A DNA stretch of 64,000 nucleotides from Nitriliruptoraceae bacterium (GTDB taxonomy: Bacteria > Actinomycetota > Nitriliruptoria > Nitriliruptorales > Nitriliruptoraceae), in contig PXDB01000086.1 of NCBI GenBank assembly GCA_003565155.1, forward strand, positions 536 to 64,535, written 5' to 3'. The notes under the pieces were generated by a model. The model was not told the origin of the DNA. It made no database searches and saw only the letters and a program-made list of their open reading frames with translations. Shown here piece by piece: positions 17,850 through 27,297 of this stretch. Made by a program: the position numbers and the translations under genes. How positions within the stretch are numbered: the first letter of the stretch is position 1; each line of letters opens with the position of its first letter.

Positions 17850-19109
17850 TCAGACCGCGGCGAACCACCCCATCGCGCCGCGCTCGGCCAGCCGCGACTG
17901 GTGCGGGTGGAACATGTAGCGCCCCGGTTCCGGGAGCCGGAACTCGAGGATGGCCCGCTCCCCCTGGGTCAGCGCCACGAGGTCGGTGTGCTCGTCCGGC
18001 TCCAGGGAGGTCCCCGAGCGGTACAGGTCGAAGGTCTGGGCGTGGAGGTGGAAGGAGGCCACCGGGTCGTGCTCCAGCAGGTTGACGACGTACACCCGCA
18101 CCAGCTCCCCCACCGGCACCCGGATCGGGAAGCGGTGGTAGGCGCCGGCCACGCCGTTGAAGGCCACCACCTCGTTGCGGCCGTCACCGTCGAGGTCCCA
18201 GCCGCCGAGGACCAGCACCACCTCGTGCGCCGGCGGACGTCCACCAGGGGGGTCGATGATCATGGCGCCGTACAGGCCGCGGCCGATGTGCTCGGCGATC
18301 GGGGCGGTGTGGCAGTGGTAGGGGTGCAGTCCGAAGGGTTCCGCCACCACCTCGTAGGTGAACTCCGAACCGGGGGGGATCGGCTCCCACCCGTCCATGG
18401 CCGGGTCGTGGCGCCCGTGGAGGTGGACGTTGTGGGCGTGGGAGGTGTGGTTGGCCATCCGGATGCGCAGCCGATCCCCCTCGGTGGCACGCAGGATCGG
18501 ACCGGGCACGCTGCCCGCGTAGGTCCACGCCTCCACCACCGCGCCGTCGGCCACCTCCACCTGGCGCGCGGTCACCGGCAGGTCGTAGGTACGGGTCACA
18601 CCCGGACGCCCGTCGACGGCTGGCGGGTAGGTGACAGCATCGAGGTGGTCGGCACGCAACGAGGTCGGCGCGGCGACTCCATGCCCGTACCGACCGTGCT
18701 GACCTCCGGTCGAGCTCGCGACGGCCGACTCCGCGGGCTCCACGGCCCGACCGCCGTCGGGGCTCGCCGCCGCAGCGGACGCTGCACCCGTGCCCGGGTC
18801 AGCGACGGTGCACGCCAGGGTCGGCGGTTGCGGGCCACCAGCGGTGGCGACGTCGCCTGCGCGCGGTCCCGGCCAGGCGCTGGCTCCGGTCGTCGATGGG
18901 TGCGGATAACCGGTGGCGGGCCCCACCTCGCTGGCGGTGAGGGCCTCACGTCCGAGCACCACACCACCGAGCGTGACCGCGCCGGCGACCCCGGCGCGAC
19001 GCAGCACCTCGCGGCGGCTCAGGCCGGAGGCGCCACAGCCGCCACGCTCATCCGCAGCGTCGGCGTCAACGGGCAGACCCTCCCCCGGCGTGTCACCAGC
19101 GTCGGGCAT
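17850..19109 (-). CDS. Tat-exported two-domain multicopper oxidase family protein (laccase/nitrite-reductase-like)
   Basis: Twin-arginine signal SRREVLRRAGVAG. Copper-ligand clusters HNVHLHG, YHCHTAPIAEH, FHLH and FHPH. The ATG 19109 shares 1 nt with the upstream stop. Confidence 0.8.
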   Translation of the reverse strand: MPDAGDTPGEGLPVDADAADERGGCGASGLSRREVLRRAGVAGAVTLGGVVLGREALTASEVGPATGYPHPSTTGASAWPGPRAGDVATAGGPQPPTLACTVADPGTGAASAAAASPDGGRAVEPAESAVASSTGGQHGRYGHGVAAPTSLRADHLDAVTYPPAVDGRPGVTRTYDLPVTARQVEVADGAVVEAWTYAGSVPGPILRATEGDRLRIRMANHTSHAHNVHLHGRHDPAMDGWEPIPPGSEFTYEVVAEPFGLHPYHCHTAPIAEHIGRGLYGAMIIDPPGGRPPAHEVVLVLGGWDLDGDGRNEVVAFNGVAGAYHRFPIRVPVGELVRVYVVNLLEHDPVASFHLHAQTFDLYRSGTSLEPDEHTDLVALTQGERAILEFRLPEPGRYMFHPHQSRLAERGAMGWFAAV

Positions 19110-19411
19110 CAGGCAGCGCCTCCCAGCGCCGAGGTGGCGGCGAGCACCACCAACCATGCCACGAGACCCCCGGCGACGTAGGTCGCGGCCAGCCATCTCG
19201 GCAGCGACGCACCGGCCAGCAGGTAGCCGGCAGCGCCCACTACCGGCACGACCAGCACCACCCCGGCCCAGCCGGCCGCCGCGCCGCGGCCCACCTCCTC
19301 GGCCTGGACCCGCCGTGAGAGGTCCCACAGCGCCACGGCGATCCACGCCGCCAGCACCGCGAAGGGCAGCACCGTGGCGTACAGCCCCATGACCACCTGC
19401 AACGCACCCAT
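19109..19411 (-). CDS. small PLDc_N-like membrane protein
   Basis: 100 aa. AAWIAVALWDLSRR...VVLVVPVVGAAGYLLAG...LPRWL fits the short two-helix PLD-nuclease N-terminal-type module plus a third TM. Stop/start overlaps at both ends. Confidence 0.6.
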   Translation of the reverse strand: MGALQVVMGLYATVLPFAVLAAWIAVALWDLSRRVQAEEVGRGAAAGWAGVVLVVPVVGAAGYLLAGASLPRWLAATYVAGGLVAWLVVLAATSALGGAA

Positions 19412-21540
19412 CAGAGCAACCCTCCGATCACGGCGGCGGCACCGAGCAGCGCCGCCAGCACCACGGTGGCACCCACCACCGCCGTCCACCTGAGCCATCG
19501 CGGTAGCCCCGCACCACCCGCCAGTAGGTAGGCGGGTGCGCCCACGAAGGGCAGCACCAGCACACCGGCGGTCCACGCCACCACCGCGGGCCGCGCGAGG
19601 TCCTCGCGTCGCGCCAGGTCGATCAGCGCGAGTGCCACCCACGCGGCGAACAGCGCGAAGGGGGCGAGCCAGCCGAGCACCCCGTACAGGGTGGAGAAGC
19701 CACCGATGCCGAAGGGCACCCCCGCCACCAGCACCGCGCGGTCGCGGGACGGTGCGCCGGGTCCCGTCGCCACCTCGGCGCCGTCGCCGTCGGCGTCACC
19801 CGCGTCGGCGTCCTCGCCGCCCCGCGTCGGGTCCGGTGATGGCGGCACCTCGATCGCGTCCAGGTCGAGGTCGAAGCCGGCGAACACCCCGACCGCCGGT
19901 ACCACCGGCGCGTCCGCGCCACCGGGCATCGGCTCCTGGTCCGGGGGGACGGGCGCGTCGCGGTGGTCGTTGTCGGGCTGGAGCCCGAACTCGCTCTCCG
20001 CGACCAGTCCGACGAAGGACAGCGTCGGTGCGAGGTGCTGGCGGGAGGGCAGCCGGAAGGCGCCGCGGTCGGGGTCCACCACCTCGGCGTGTGCGCCGGC
20101 GGTGGCGTCCGGCCCGCAGGCCGCGACGGACTCGAGCCCGGCGGGCACGGTGCGGTCGGGGTCGTTGCCGGCGAAGCAGTTGCCGGTGAGGGCCGGGCCA
20201 GCCAGGATGAGGTCCGCGTAGCCGGAGCCCTCGATGACGTTGTCGGTGACGACGTTGCCGCCGCTCATCCAGAAGTTGCGGGAGAGGTTGGGGCCGACGG
20301 TGACCCCGGAACGCTCGTGGTCGAGGATGCGGTTGCGGGTGACCAGGGTGTCCATGCCGCCGGTGAGCAGGACACCGTTGCCGAAGGCGGACCACTGCAG
20401 GCCGAGCGCGGGGGCCTCGCGGTTGTCGTTGTCGTGGATCAGGTTGCCGGCGATGGTGACCCGGCCGAAGGGTGGCAGGCGCTGGGAGTCCAGGGTGTTG
20501 GGCACGATCCCGGAGACGTTGTGCCGCCACACGGAACCGATGAGGTAGACGTCGGAGGCGTTGGTGCCGGAGTAACCCATGCCGTTGTGCTCGGCGATCA
20601 CGTCGGTGATGACGCCGTCACAGGGATCGCACTGGCCGATGTAGAACCCGGCGTCCTTCGAGCCGCTGGCGTAGGAGTGTTCGAACAGCCCGTCGGTGGA
20701 GTCGAAGGCGTAGATGCCGTAGATCTCGTTGTTGTAGGCGGTGAGGTAGGACCCGCGGTAGCCGGTCACCCCCGTCCAGTAGATGCCGTTGCCCGTGGTG
20801 TTGCGCACGGTCAGGTTCTCCACGGCGACGCCATCGGCGCCGACGGTGTTGATGCCGATGGGGCGCTCGTGCTCACCGTCGATGATCACCGCGTTGCGGT
20901 CGGTGCCGCGGATCGTGAGCGAGGGCGTGGTGACGTCGACCTGCTCCCGGTAGGCGTAGCGGCCGTCGGCGGCGAGGTGTTCGGGGGTCTCGGGCGCCGG
21001 CGCGATCAGGACCAGGTCCCCGGGATCAGCGGCGTCCACGGCGTTCTGGATCGTGGGGTGGTCCTCCGGCACGCGCCGGGTGACCCCGGTCCACTCCGTC
21101 ACCTGGTCCGCTGCGGCGTCGTCGGCGGCGTCCTCGAGGTCGACGTCACCGACCACCAGGGTCGCCGCCATGCCCGCCGAGCCGTCGTCGGGGGCGTGGA
21201 TCGAGCAGTAGTAGGTGTAGACGCCGGGCTCGTCGAAGGTGACGACGACCTCCTCGTCCGGGTCCATCAGGTCGGCCGCGTCGCCGCCGGCGGCCTCGCC
21301 GGTGGACCAGCTCCCACCGACGTCGATGGCGTTGTGGGGCACGACACCGCGGTTGCGGAACCGCACGCCGTCACCGACGTCGATGCGGGTCACCTCCGGG
21401 GTGAAGAAGTTGTCCTCCATCTCCACGGTGTGCTGGAACTCGGCGTCTCCGCCCGTGCAGGCCACGAGCGTGAACAGGCCGAGGATCACGAGCAGCCCGG
21501 ATGCGACGCCTCCGTGCCGCCGCTGCCGGAGGTGCCGCAT
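19411..21540 (-). CDS. lipoprotein with a cupredoxin domain, parallel beta-helix (NosD-like) repeats and a C-terminal PLDc_N-like membrane anchor
   Basis: ATG 21540. Lipobox LFTLVAC. Type-1 Cu ligand pattern VPHN...YYCSIH...GM. Repeated G-x-x-hydrophobic beta-helix rungs (NGIYWTG, NEIYGIY, HNGMGYSG, NVSGIV, NLIHDN, NRILDH, NVIEGSG). The C-terminus (WVALALIDLARR...PFVGAPAYLLAGG) is paralogous to the next gene. Confidence 0.8.
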   Translation of the reverse strand: MRHLRQRRHGGVASGLLVILGLFTLVACTGGDAEFQHTVEMEDNFFTPEVTRIDVGDGVRFRNRGVVPHNAIDVGGSWSTGEAAGGDAADLMDPDEEVVVTFDEPGVYTYYCSIHAPDDGSAGMAATLVVGDVDLEDAADDAAADQVTEWTGVTRRVPEDHPTIQNAVDAADPGDLVLIAPAPETPEHLAADGRYAYREQVDVTTPSLTIRGTDRNAVIIDGEHERPIGINTVGADGVAVENLTVRNTTGNGIYWTGVTGYRGSYLTAYNNEIYGIYAFDSTDGLFEHSYASGSKDAGFYIGQCDPCDGVITDVIAEHNGMGYSGTNASDVYLIGSVWRHNVSGIVPNTLDSQRLPPFGRVTIAGNLIHDNDNREAPALGLQWSAFGNGVLLTGGMDTLVTRNRILDHERSGVTVGPNLSRNFWMSGGNVVTDNVIEGSGYADLILAGPALTGNCFAGNDPDRTVPAGLESVAACGPDATAGAHAEVVDPDRGAFRLPSRQHLAPTLSFVGLVAESEFGLQPDNDHRDAPVPPDQEPMPGGADAPVVPAVGVFAGFDLDLDAIEVPPSPDPTRGGEDADAGDADGDGAEVATGPGAPSRDRAVLVAGVPFGIGGFSTLYGVLGWLAPFALFAAWVALALIDLARREDLARPAVVAWTAGVLVLPFVGAPAYLLAGGAGLPRWLRWTAVVGATVVLAALLGAAAVIGGLL

Positions 21541-21706
21541 GACCCGGATCGGCGACGCGCCCGAAGAGCCACCCCGGTCCAGCACCAGCCGACCTCCCGA
21601 CGTCACCTGCGACCGACCGCGCACGGCCGCCGCCACCGGTCGCTCCCACGGCCGGAGGCGGAACGATACCAAGGGCATCGTTCCGCGGCCGGCACGGGTG
21701 CGCCCC

Positions 21707-23485
21707 TCAACGGGAGCTGCCCCCGCCGCCCCCGCCGCCGGAGCCCACGCCGGAGCTGCCGCCACCCCCGCCGCTGGACGAGGGCATGGCAGCGCTGCGC
21801 ACGGTGCTGATGTCACTGGTGCGCACCGGGGCGTACATGCCGTGCTGCGCGGTGACCGTGCGCAGCTCCACCTCGAAGCGCTCCGCCCAGCGGTCGCCGC
21901 TGCCGAAGGCGATCACCCAGGGGAGCAGCTGGAGGAAGGGGCTGGTCAGCGGGACGGATGGGTCGTCCGCGAGGCCGCTGATCTGGCCGGCGTGGGCCTC
22001 GTCGACGAACCGCCGCAGACCCTCGAGTTGGCGCCACTGCTCCAGGCGCTGTTCGGGGATCTCGGCGACCGGGGCGCGGAGCTGCCGGTCGACGAAGCCC
22101 GCGACCACCATCGACAGCAGCAGCCCAGCAAGGACCGCCCATGCCGCTGCCGGCGCCACCAGCAGGAGCAGGCCGCCCACGACCACGCCGGTGAGGCCGA
22201 GCAGCCCGCCCGCCAGCCCGATCCGCCCCGACACGACCTGCGGGACGCCGGCCTCGCGACGGTGGTGCTCACGCAGCGCCCGCCAGGCCTTCTCGAACCG
22301 CCGCCGGGTCCGCGTGGACGTACGCCCGTCCCAGCGCGTCCACCCGTCGCTCCCGGGCGCGGCGGTCAACGCCTGCAACGCCTCGGCCTCCGGCGCGCTG
22401 TCCGGCATCCAGGTGACCCCGCGGACCTCGAACCCATCGTCGATCTCGCGGACGGCGATCAGGCCACGCTGCTGGGCATCGAGGAGCCAGGCGGCGAACA
22501 GCTGCCCTTCGTCGGCTGCGATCGCTTCCCCGTTGACGAGGAAGCCGGCTGTCAGCGGCCGGATCCCCGCCGGCGGCACGTAGGTGACCCCGGTGGTCTC
22601 CACCCGCTCGCGGGCCTGTTCACGGCGACGTCGCGCAACCGGTCCGCCGAAGCTCGCGAGCAGCGGGAACGTCGCAGCCAGGCTCAGGCCGCCGATCAGA
22701 CCGAGCCGCTGCAACGCCACCCGGTCGAACTCCTCCAACTCCCCGAGATCGGCCGGCTCGAGACCAGCGGGGGCGACGGCGGCGGGATCGAGGCGGGCCT
22801 CGACCGTCACCCCACGTCCCGGCCGCAGCTGCGTCGCACGCCACGACGGCCCCGCCCCGGCATCGTCGCAGGCGAAGGCCTCACCCCGCGCGCCGACGAC
22901 GCAGCCGAGCGCGTGCTCTCCCTCGGGGAGCTCCAGTGTGACGGTGGCCTCCTCGATCAGGGTGTCCCACTGGTCGCCGAAGGTGTCCCACCGCAGGGTC
23001 GCGCGGTCATCCCACTCCACGAGCAGCCCGTCGAAGATGTAGGTGATGCGGTAGTGGTCGGTCCCCAGCGGCCGGAAGTCGACCTCCTCGCCGAGGTGGA
23101 TCTCACGGGTCCCCGGGTCGCCACCACGCACCTCGAACCACACGTCGTCCTGTGTGCGCGAGGTGACGTCGATCCCCGTGACCGCCATCACGCGGCCGTC
23201 GGGTGCTTCCATGTCGAGGTCGCGGATAAGGCCACGACGGGGCTCCTCCCAGGTCACCGTGATGTCCTCGGTCACCGCGAACGTCCCATCCTCCGCGAGC
23301 GTGCCGACCAGGTCGTAGCGCTCGATGGTGTAGCGGTCGTCCCAGGACGGTCCGGGGGTGAGCAGCCCGTCCCAGTTCAGCGCGGTCGCCACACCACCGA
23401 GGACGCCCGTGCCCACCAGCACCATCCCGGCGACCACCGCGAGCACGACCCGGAGCCGTCGCACCTTGCGCTGCCGTTCGAACAC
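21707..23485 (-). CDS. DUF2207-type membrane protein
   Basis: N-terminal TM, then YTIERYDLVGTLAEDGTFAVTEDITVTWEEPRRGLIRDL. Central and C-terminal TMs, and a Gly/Ser tail (SSGGGGGSSGVGSGGGGGGGSSR). GTG 23485 was chosen just before the first TM. Confidence 0.7.
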   Translation of the reverse strand: MFERQRKVRRLRVVLAVVAGMVLVGTGVLGGVATALNWDGLLTPGPSWDDRYTIERYDLVGTLAEDGTFAVTEDITVTWEEPRRGLIRDLDMEAPDGRVMAVTGIDVTSRTQDDVWFEVRGGDPGTREIHLGEEVDFRPLGTDHYRITYIFDGLLVEWDDRATLRWDTFGDQWDTLIEEATVTLELPEGEHALGCVVGARGEAFACDDAGAGPSWRATQLRPGRGVTVEARLDPAAVAPAGLEPADLGELEEFDRVALQRLGLIGGLSLAATFPLLASFGGPVARRRREQARERVETTGVTYVPPAGIRPLTAGFLVNGEAIAADEGQLFAAWLLDAQQRGLIAVREIDDGFEVRGVTWMPDSAPEAEALQALTAAPGSDGWTRWDGRTSTRTRRRFEKAWRALREHHRREAGVPQVVSGRIGLAGGLLGLTGVVVGGLLLLVAPAAAWAVLAGLLLSMVVAGFVDRQLRAPVAEIPEQRLEQWRQLEGLRRFVDEAHAGQISGLADDPSVPLTSPFLQLLPWVIAFGSGDRWAERFEVELRTVTAQHGMYAPVRTSDISTVRSAAMPSSSGGGGGSSGVGSGGGGGGGSSR

Positions 23486-23761
23486 GTCCGACCTGCCCGT
23501 CGCAAACGTGGCACACGCACCGGTGCTGCCGGCCGCGGCCCTGTCGACCGCGACCGTACTCGCCGCGCACGGGGCAGCAGCCACCCCGACCACCACGCTG
23601 CCGGCGCACGCGGGAGGGTCGATCGGGCGACGAGGCGGGACGCGGTTGTCCCCGACGAGGTCCCAACCCTCCCAGTAAGGCAGGTTGGGCGACGGAACGG
23701 GACATCCACGTCCCGCTCCCGGTACCGGTTACCTGTGGGGCGACCAACCGGCGCTCCCGCG

Positions 23762-23821
23762 AGCACACCACGCACCAGCGAGCACGCCGCCAGCACACCA
23801 CGCACCGGCGAGCACGCCGCG
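23762..23821. repeat. 30-bp tandem duplication just downstream of the DUF2071 gene stop
   Basis: agcacaccacgcaccagcgagcacgccgcc followed by agcacaccacgcaccggcgagcacgccgcg. Confidence 0.85.
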
Positions 23822-23827
23822 TGCAGG

Positions 23828-24616
23828 TCAGCCCACCCGTCGGGGCGGGCCCACGGCGACCTCGACATCCCCGCCGTACCGCACATGGACCGGCGGCCGC
23901 CCACCGACGTCGTAGCCGGCGGCGGCGACCAGTGCGTCGTCGAGGTGGCGTACCGTGGCCGCCCTGAGCGGCCAGGGCCCATGGTCGACCAGGGCGCGCA
24001 GCACGTGCCCACGCGGGGTGGCGACGTACAGCGACCAGCGTGCCGAGAGGAAGTCGTCCAACGCCGTGCGCCGGTCGTCGGGCACCGGCGCGCCGACCTC
24101 GACGATGGCGTGGCTGGTGGCACCCGCCGGTGCGGGCCAGCGTCGCACCGAGCGGTAGGCCAGGTGCTCGCCCCGTTCGCCGATCCGCATGGACGACCAG
24201 CAGTACGGCAGCCGGTAGCCGAGGCGGGCAACGGCCGTCGGTGCCAGCCGGGTGATGTCGAGGGAGTCGAAGTACACCCCACGGCCGCCGTCAGGGCCGA
24301 CGACGTAGGTCCTGACGTTGGTCTCCGGGAAGGTCCCCTGCGGCAGCGGGAGCCCTCGCGGCAGCGCCCGGCGCACGGCGGCCCCACCCGGCCCGAGGCC
24401 GATGCCGGCCATGCGGAAGGGGATCAGCCCGACCCAGGCCCGGCCGTCGTGGACGTCGGGTTCCAGGCCCGAGGGGAGCTGCGCCGCGACGTCGGCCGGA
24501 TCGAGGTCCCAGTGCAGGTAGGTCAGCGCCTCCCACCGCATCGTGAGCAGCGGGTGCGTGACCGCCGCGGTGGGCGTGCGCTGGATGGGTTCGGCCGGCG
24601 TGGGGGACGTGGTCAT
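23828..24616 (-). CDS. DUF2071 (YqjF-like) family protein
   Basis: ALTYLHWDLDP, AWVGLIPFRM, FPETNVRTYV and GVYFDSLD blocks. ATG 24616. Confidence 0.7.
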   Translation of the reverse strand: MTTSPTPAEPIQRTPTAAVTHPLLTMRWEALTYLHWDLDPADVAAQLPSGLEPDVHDGRAWVGLIPFRMAGIGLGPGGAAVRRALPRGLPLPQGTFPETNVRTYVVGPDGGRGVYFDSLDITRLAPTAVARLGYRLPYCWSSMRIGERGEHLAYRSVRRWPAPAGATSHAIVEVGAPVPDDRRTALDDFLSARWSLYVATPRGHVLRALVDHGPWPLRAATVRHLDDALVAAAGYDVGGRPPVHVRYGGDVEVAVGPPRRVG

Positions 24617-24710
24617 GACGGTCGTTCGGAGCCGGGCATGCTGCGGGCGCAGGGACGGCGCAAAGCGGCGGGGGGACAGCGTGGGGACGGTGGATGGCGC
24701 TGACGCCACG

Positions 24711-25712
24711 TCATCGCCGTCGCCGGACCTGACGATGGCTCCGGTCGCCGGCGACGACGCCGGCGGCGGCGAGCGCATCGATCCATCGCGCGGACGCTGA
24801 CGGGCTGGCATCCATCAGCACCTCCTCCGGCCCCGCTGCACCCTCCCCCGCATCTGCACGCGGGCGTTGCAGTGCGGCGACGGGGGCCGCCCACAGGTGC
24901 GGTTCCCGGTAGCCGCCACCGTCGCGCTCGGTCTCCAGGATCGCCGGCTTGATCGCACCCGGCACGAGGTAGGGCCCGGAGCCGGGGACGGGCCGTCCGA
25001 GCCACCGCTGCCAGTCGTCGAGCGCCGCGCGGGCGATGAAGGACCGGTCGACGCCGCTGACCGGCACCAGGCCGGCACGCCACGCGGCACGCAACCAGGG
25101 ATCGAAGGGCTCCCCGGCCGGAGTGGTGAAGCTCGCGTAGCGGGCGAAGGGCACCAGGGGGTAGTCCTGCTTCGCGTGGGGCCGGAGCAGGACCAGCAGG
25201 CGGTCGGCCCCGCGGTGGGCGCGCCAGCGGTCCAGCTGGCCGAGCACGGCCGAGCCGACACCCCGCCCCCGCCAGGCCTCGGCGACGACCACGTCCAGCA
25301 CGGCCACGGTGTCGTTCCCTGCGGCACCACCGTCCACCGTGGAGCCCCCAGGCCCGGGTCGGGCCGCGGGGTGCCGATCACGACGACGCACACCGGTTCC
25401 GTTCCGCTCACCGGCCCGACCCAGCGCCTCACGCGCCCCAGCGACGGGTGCCCGCGACCGGGCGCCGTCCCAGGCCAGCCGGACCGAGCGCACCACGGCC
25501 ACGACCTCTGCGTCCGGCGCCACCAGCACGGCGGTGCCGGCCGGGTCCGTCGCGGTGAGCCGCGCGCGGGCATCCACGGTCAACTCGGCGAGGAAGGCCG
25601 GAACCTGCTGCTCCACCCCCACGACCCCGGCCGCGAGCTCGGGCGCGTCGGCGAGGTCGGTCCACCACAGCTGACCGACGCCGTCCAGCTCCTGCTGCGG
25701 TGCCCACGTCAC
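24711..25712 (-). CDS. GNAT-family N-acetyltransferase with C-terminal extension
   Basis: The VAEAWRGRGVGSAVLGQL acetyl-CoA loop context. 333 aa. GTG start. Confidence 0.6.
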   Translation of the reverse strand: MTWAPQQELDGVGQLWWTDLADAPELAAGVVGVEQQVPAFLAELTVDARARLTATDPAGTAVLVAPDAEVVAVVRSVRLAWDGARSRAPVAGAREALGRAGERNGTGVRRRDRHPAARPGPGGSTVDGGAAGNDTVAVLDVVVAEAWRGRGVGSAVLGQLDRWRAHRGADRLLVLLRPHAKQDYPLVPFARYASFTTPAGEPFDPWLRAAWRAGLVPVSGVDRSFIARAALDDWQRWLGRPVPGSGPYLVPGAIKPAILETERDGGGYREPHLWAAPVAALQRPRADAGEGAAGPEEVLMDASPSASARWIDALAAAGVVAGDRSHRQVRRRR

Positions 25713-25752
25713 CGGTCACCGCCGCGCCACGCCGGCCGCTCCAGCGTCAACC

Positions 25753-27297
25753 TCACGTGCCGTGCAACGGCAGACCCGCCGCAGCCAGGTAGGCCTCCCC
25801 GATCGCCTCGGACAGCGACGGGTGCACGTGGGCGATCCCGGCGAGCTCCTCGGGTACCGCCTCCCAGGTGGTCGCCAGCGTCGCGGCGGCGATCAGCTCC
25901 GTGGCCTGCGGCCCGACCACGTGCACACCCAACACGGGCCCGGCGTCACCGGGCGCCCCCACCGGGGCCTGGCCGGCGAGGTGGACCACCTTCACCTGCC
26001 CGTCCGAGCCGGCGATGATCGCCTTGGCGTTGCCCTTCAACGAGGTCGTCGTTGCCACCACCTGCGCACGGCCGAAGCGTTCCACGGCCTGCGCCTCGGT
26101 CAGCCCCACCGAGGCCACCTCCGGGTGGGAGTAGGTGACCCGGGGCGTGTGGGTGTGGTCGACGGCCGTGGCACCGCCCACCCCTGCGAGTCGGTCGCCG
26201 ACCGTCAGCCCCTCGGCGAAGGCGGCGTGGGCCAACGCCAGGGTCGGCCGCACGTCACCCACCGCCCACAGGCCGTCGACCTCGGTGGCGCCCCACGCGT
26301 CCGTCACCACGTAGCCACGTGCGTCGAGCACGCCGAGCTCCTCCAGGCCCAACCCGCCGGTGTTGGGGTCGCGTCCCACGGCCACGAGCACCCGGTCGGC
26401 CGTCAGCACCCGCGCGTCACCGTCCACCTCGACGTCCAGTTCGGCGACGCCGCCCTCGACCATGGCGCCGCGGACCAGCGCCGAGGTGTGCACGTCGATG
26501 CCCCGGCCCCGGTAGGCGTCAGCCAGCGCTGCGGAGCTGTCCGCATCCTCCAGGGGCAGGATGCGGTCCAGTGCCTCGACCAGCCTGACGTGGGTCCCCA
26601 TCGGCGCCCACATGGACGCGAACTCGACCCCGATCGCGCCGGCACCGACGATCACCGCGCGCTCCGGCGGTGTGGTGAACCACAGTGCCTCGTCGGAGGT
26701 CTGGACGATCTCGCCATCCACCGGCAACGCGTCGAGGTGGCGGGGTCGTGACCCCGTTGCGACGACGACGTGGGGCGCGTCGAGGTGGAGGGCGCCACCC
26801 TCGGCGTCGGTGACCTCGACGAGGTGGTGGGCGCCGGGACCGCTGGTCGCCGCAGGGTCCGCGTCCGGCGCCAGTACGCGGCCCCGTCCGCGGTAGCGCG
26901 TGGTCCGCACCCCGGCGAGGTGGTCGAGCCCCTTGTGCAGGCGCCGGATCACCCCGGCGCGGAAGGCGTCGAGGCCGTCGCCGTCCACCCCGTCGGACCG
27001 CAGGCGCAGCCCGAGGACCTCCGCGCGGTTGGCCTCCTCCAACACCCCGGCGACGTGCAGGACCGCCTTGGAGGGGATGCATCCGCGGTGCAGGCACACC
27101 CCGCCCACCTCCTCCTGCTCGACCAGCGCGACGTCCAGTCCGCGGGCCGCGGCGCGGAACGCGGTCGCGTACCCGCCGGGCCCACCGCCGATGACGATGG
27201 CGTCGTGGCGGGTGACCTCGGCCGGCGTCGCCGCCGCTGCGGCGGTGCCATCGCGGGCCGCACCGCCGGCGCCGTTGCCCCGCTCGCGGCCGCTCAC
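25753..27297 (-). CDS. lpdA: dihydrolipoyl dehydrogenase (E3)
   Basis: IVIGGGPGGY and the redox disulfide GGVCLHRGCIPSK, plus the C-terminal HPSLSE interface motif. GTG 27297 overlaps the E2 stop (GTGA). Confidence 0.9.
   Translation of the reverse strand: MSGRERGNGAGGAARDGTAAAAATPAEVTRHDAIVIGGGPGGYATAFRAAARGLDVALVEQEEVGGVCLHRGCIPSKAVLHVAGVLEEANRAEVLGLRLRSDGVDGDGLDAFRAGVIRRLHKGLDHLAGVRTTRYRGRGRVLAPDADPAATSGPGAHHLVEVTDAEGGALHLDAPHVVVATGSRPRHLDALPVDGEIVQTSDEALWFTTPPERAVIVGAGAIGVEFASMWAPMGTHVRLVEALDRILPLEDADSSAALADAYRGRGIDVHTSALVRGAMVEGGVAELDVEVDGDARVLTADRVLVAVGRDPNTGGLGLEELGVLDARGYVVTDAWGATEVDGLWAVGDVRPTLALAHAAFAEGLTVGDRLAGVGGATAVDHTHTPRVTYSHPEVASVGLTEAQAVERFGRAQVVATTTSLKGNAKAIIAGSDGQVKVVHLAGQAPVGAPGDAGPVLGVHVVGPQATELIAAATLATTWEAVPEELAGIAHVHPSLSEAIGEAYLAAAGLPLHGT

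Noticed and set aside
21239-24703. 1154-aa plus-strand ORF, the longest in the window.
   Set aside because: It runs antisense to three well-supported minus-strand genes (cupredoxin fusion, DUF2207, DUF2071). It is Arg/Pro/Gly-rich with no motifs. This is a typical stop-poor antisense frame of very GC-rich DNA. The same reasoning applies to 40333..42141, 45290..47047, 59644..61335 and 25762..26751.
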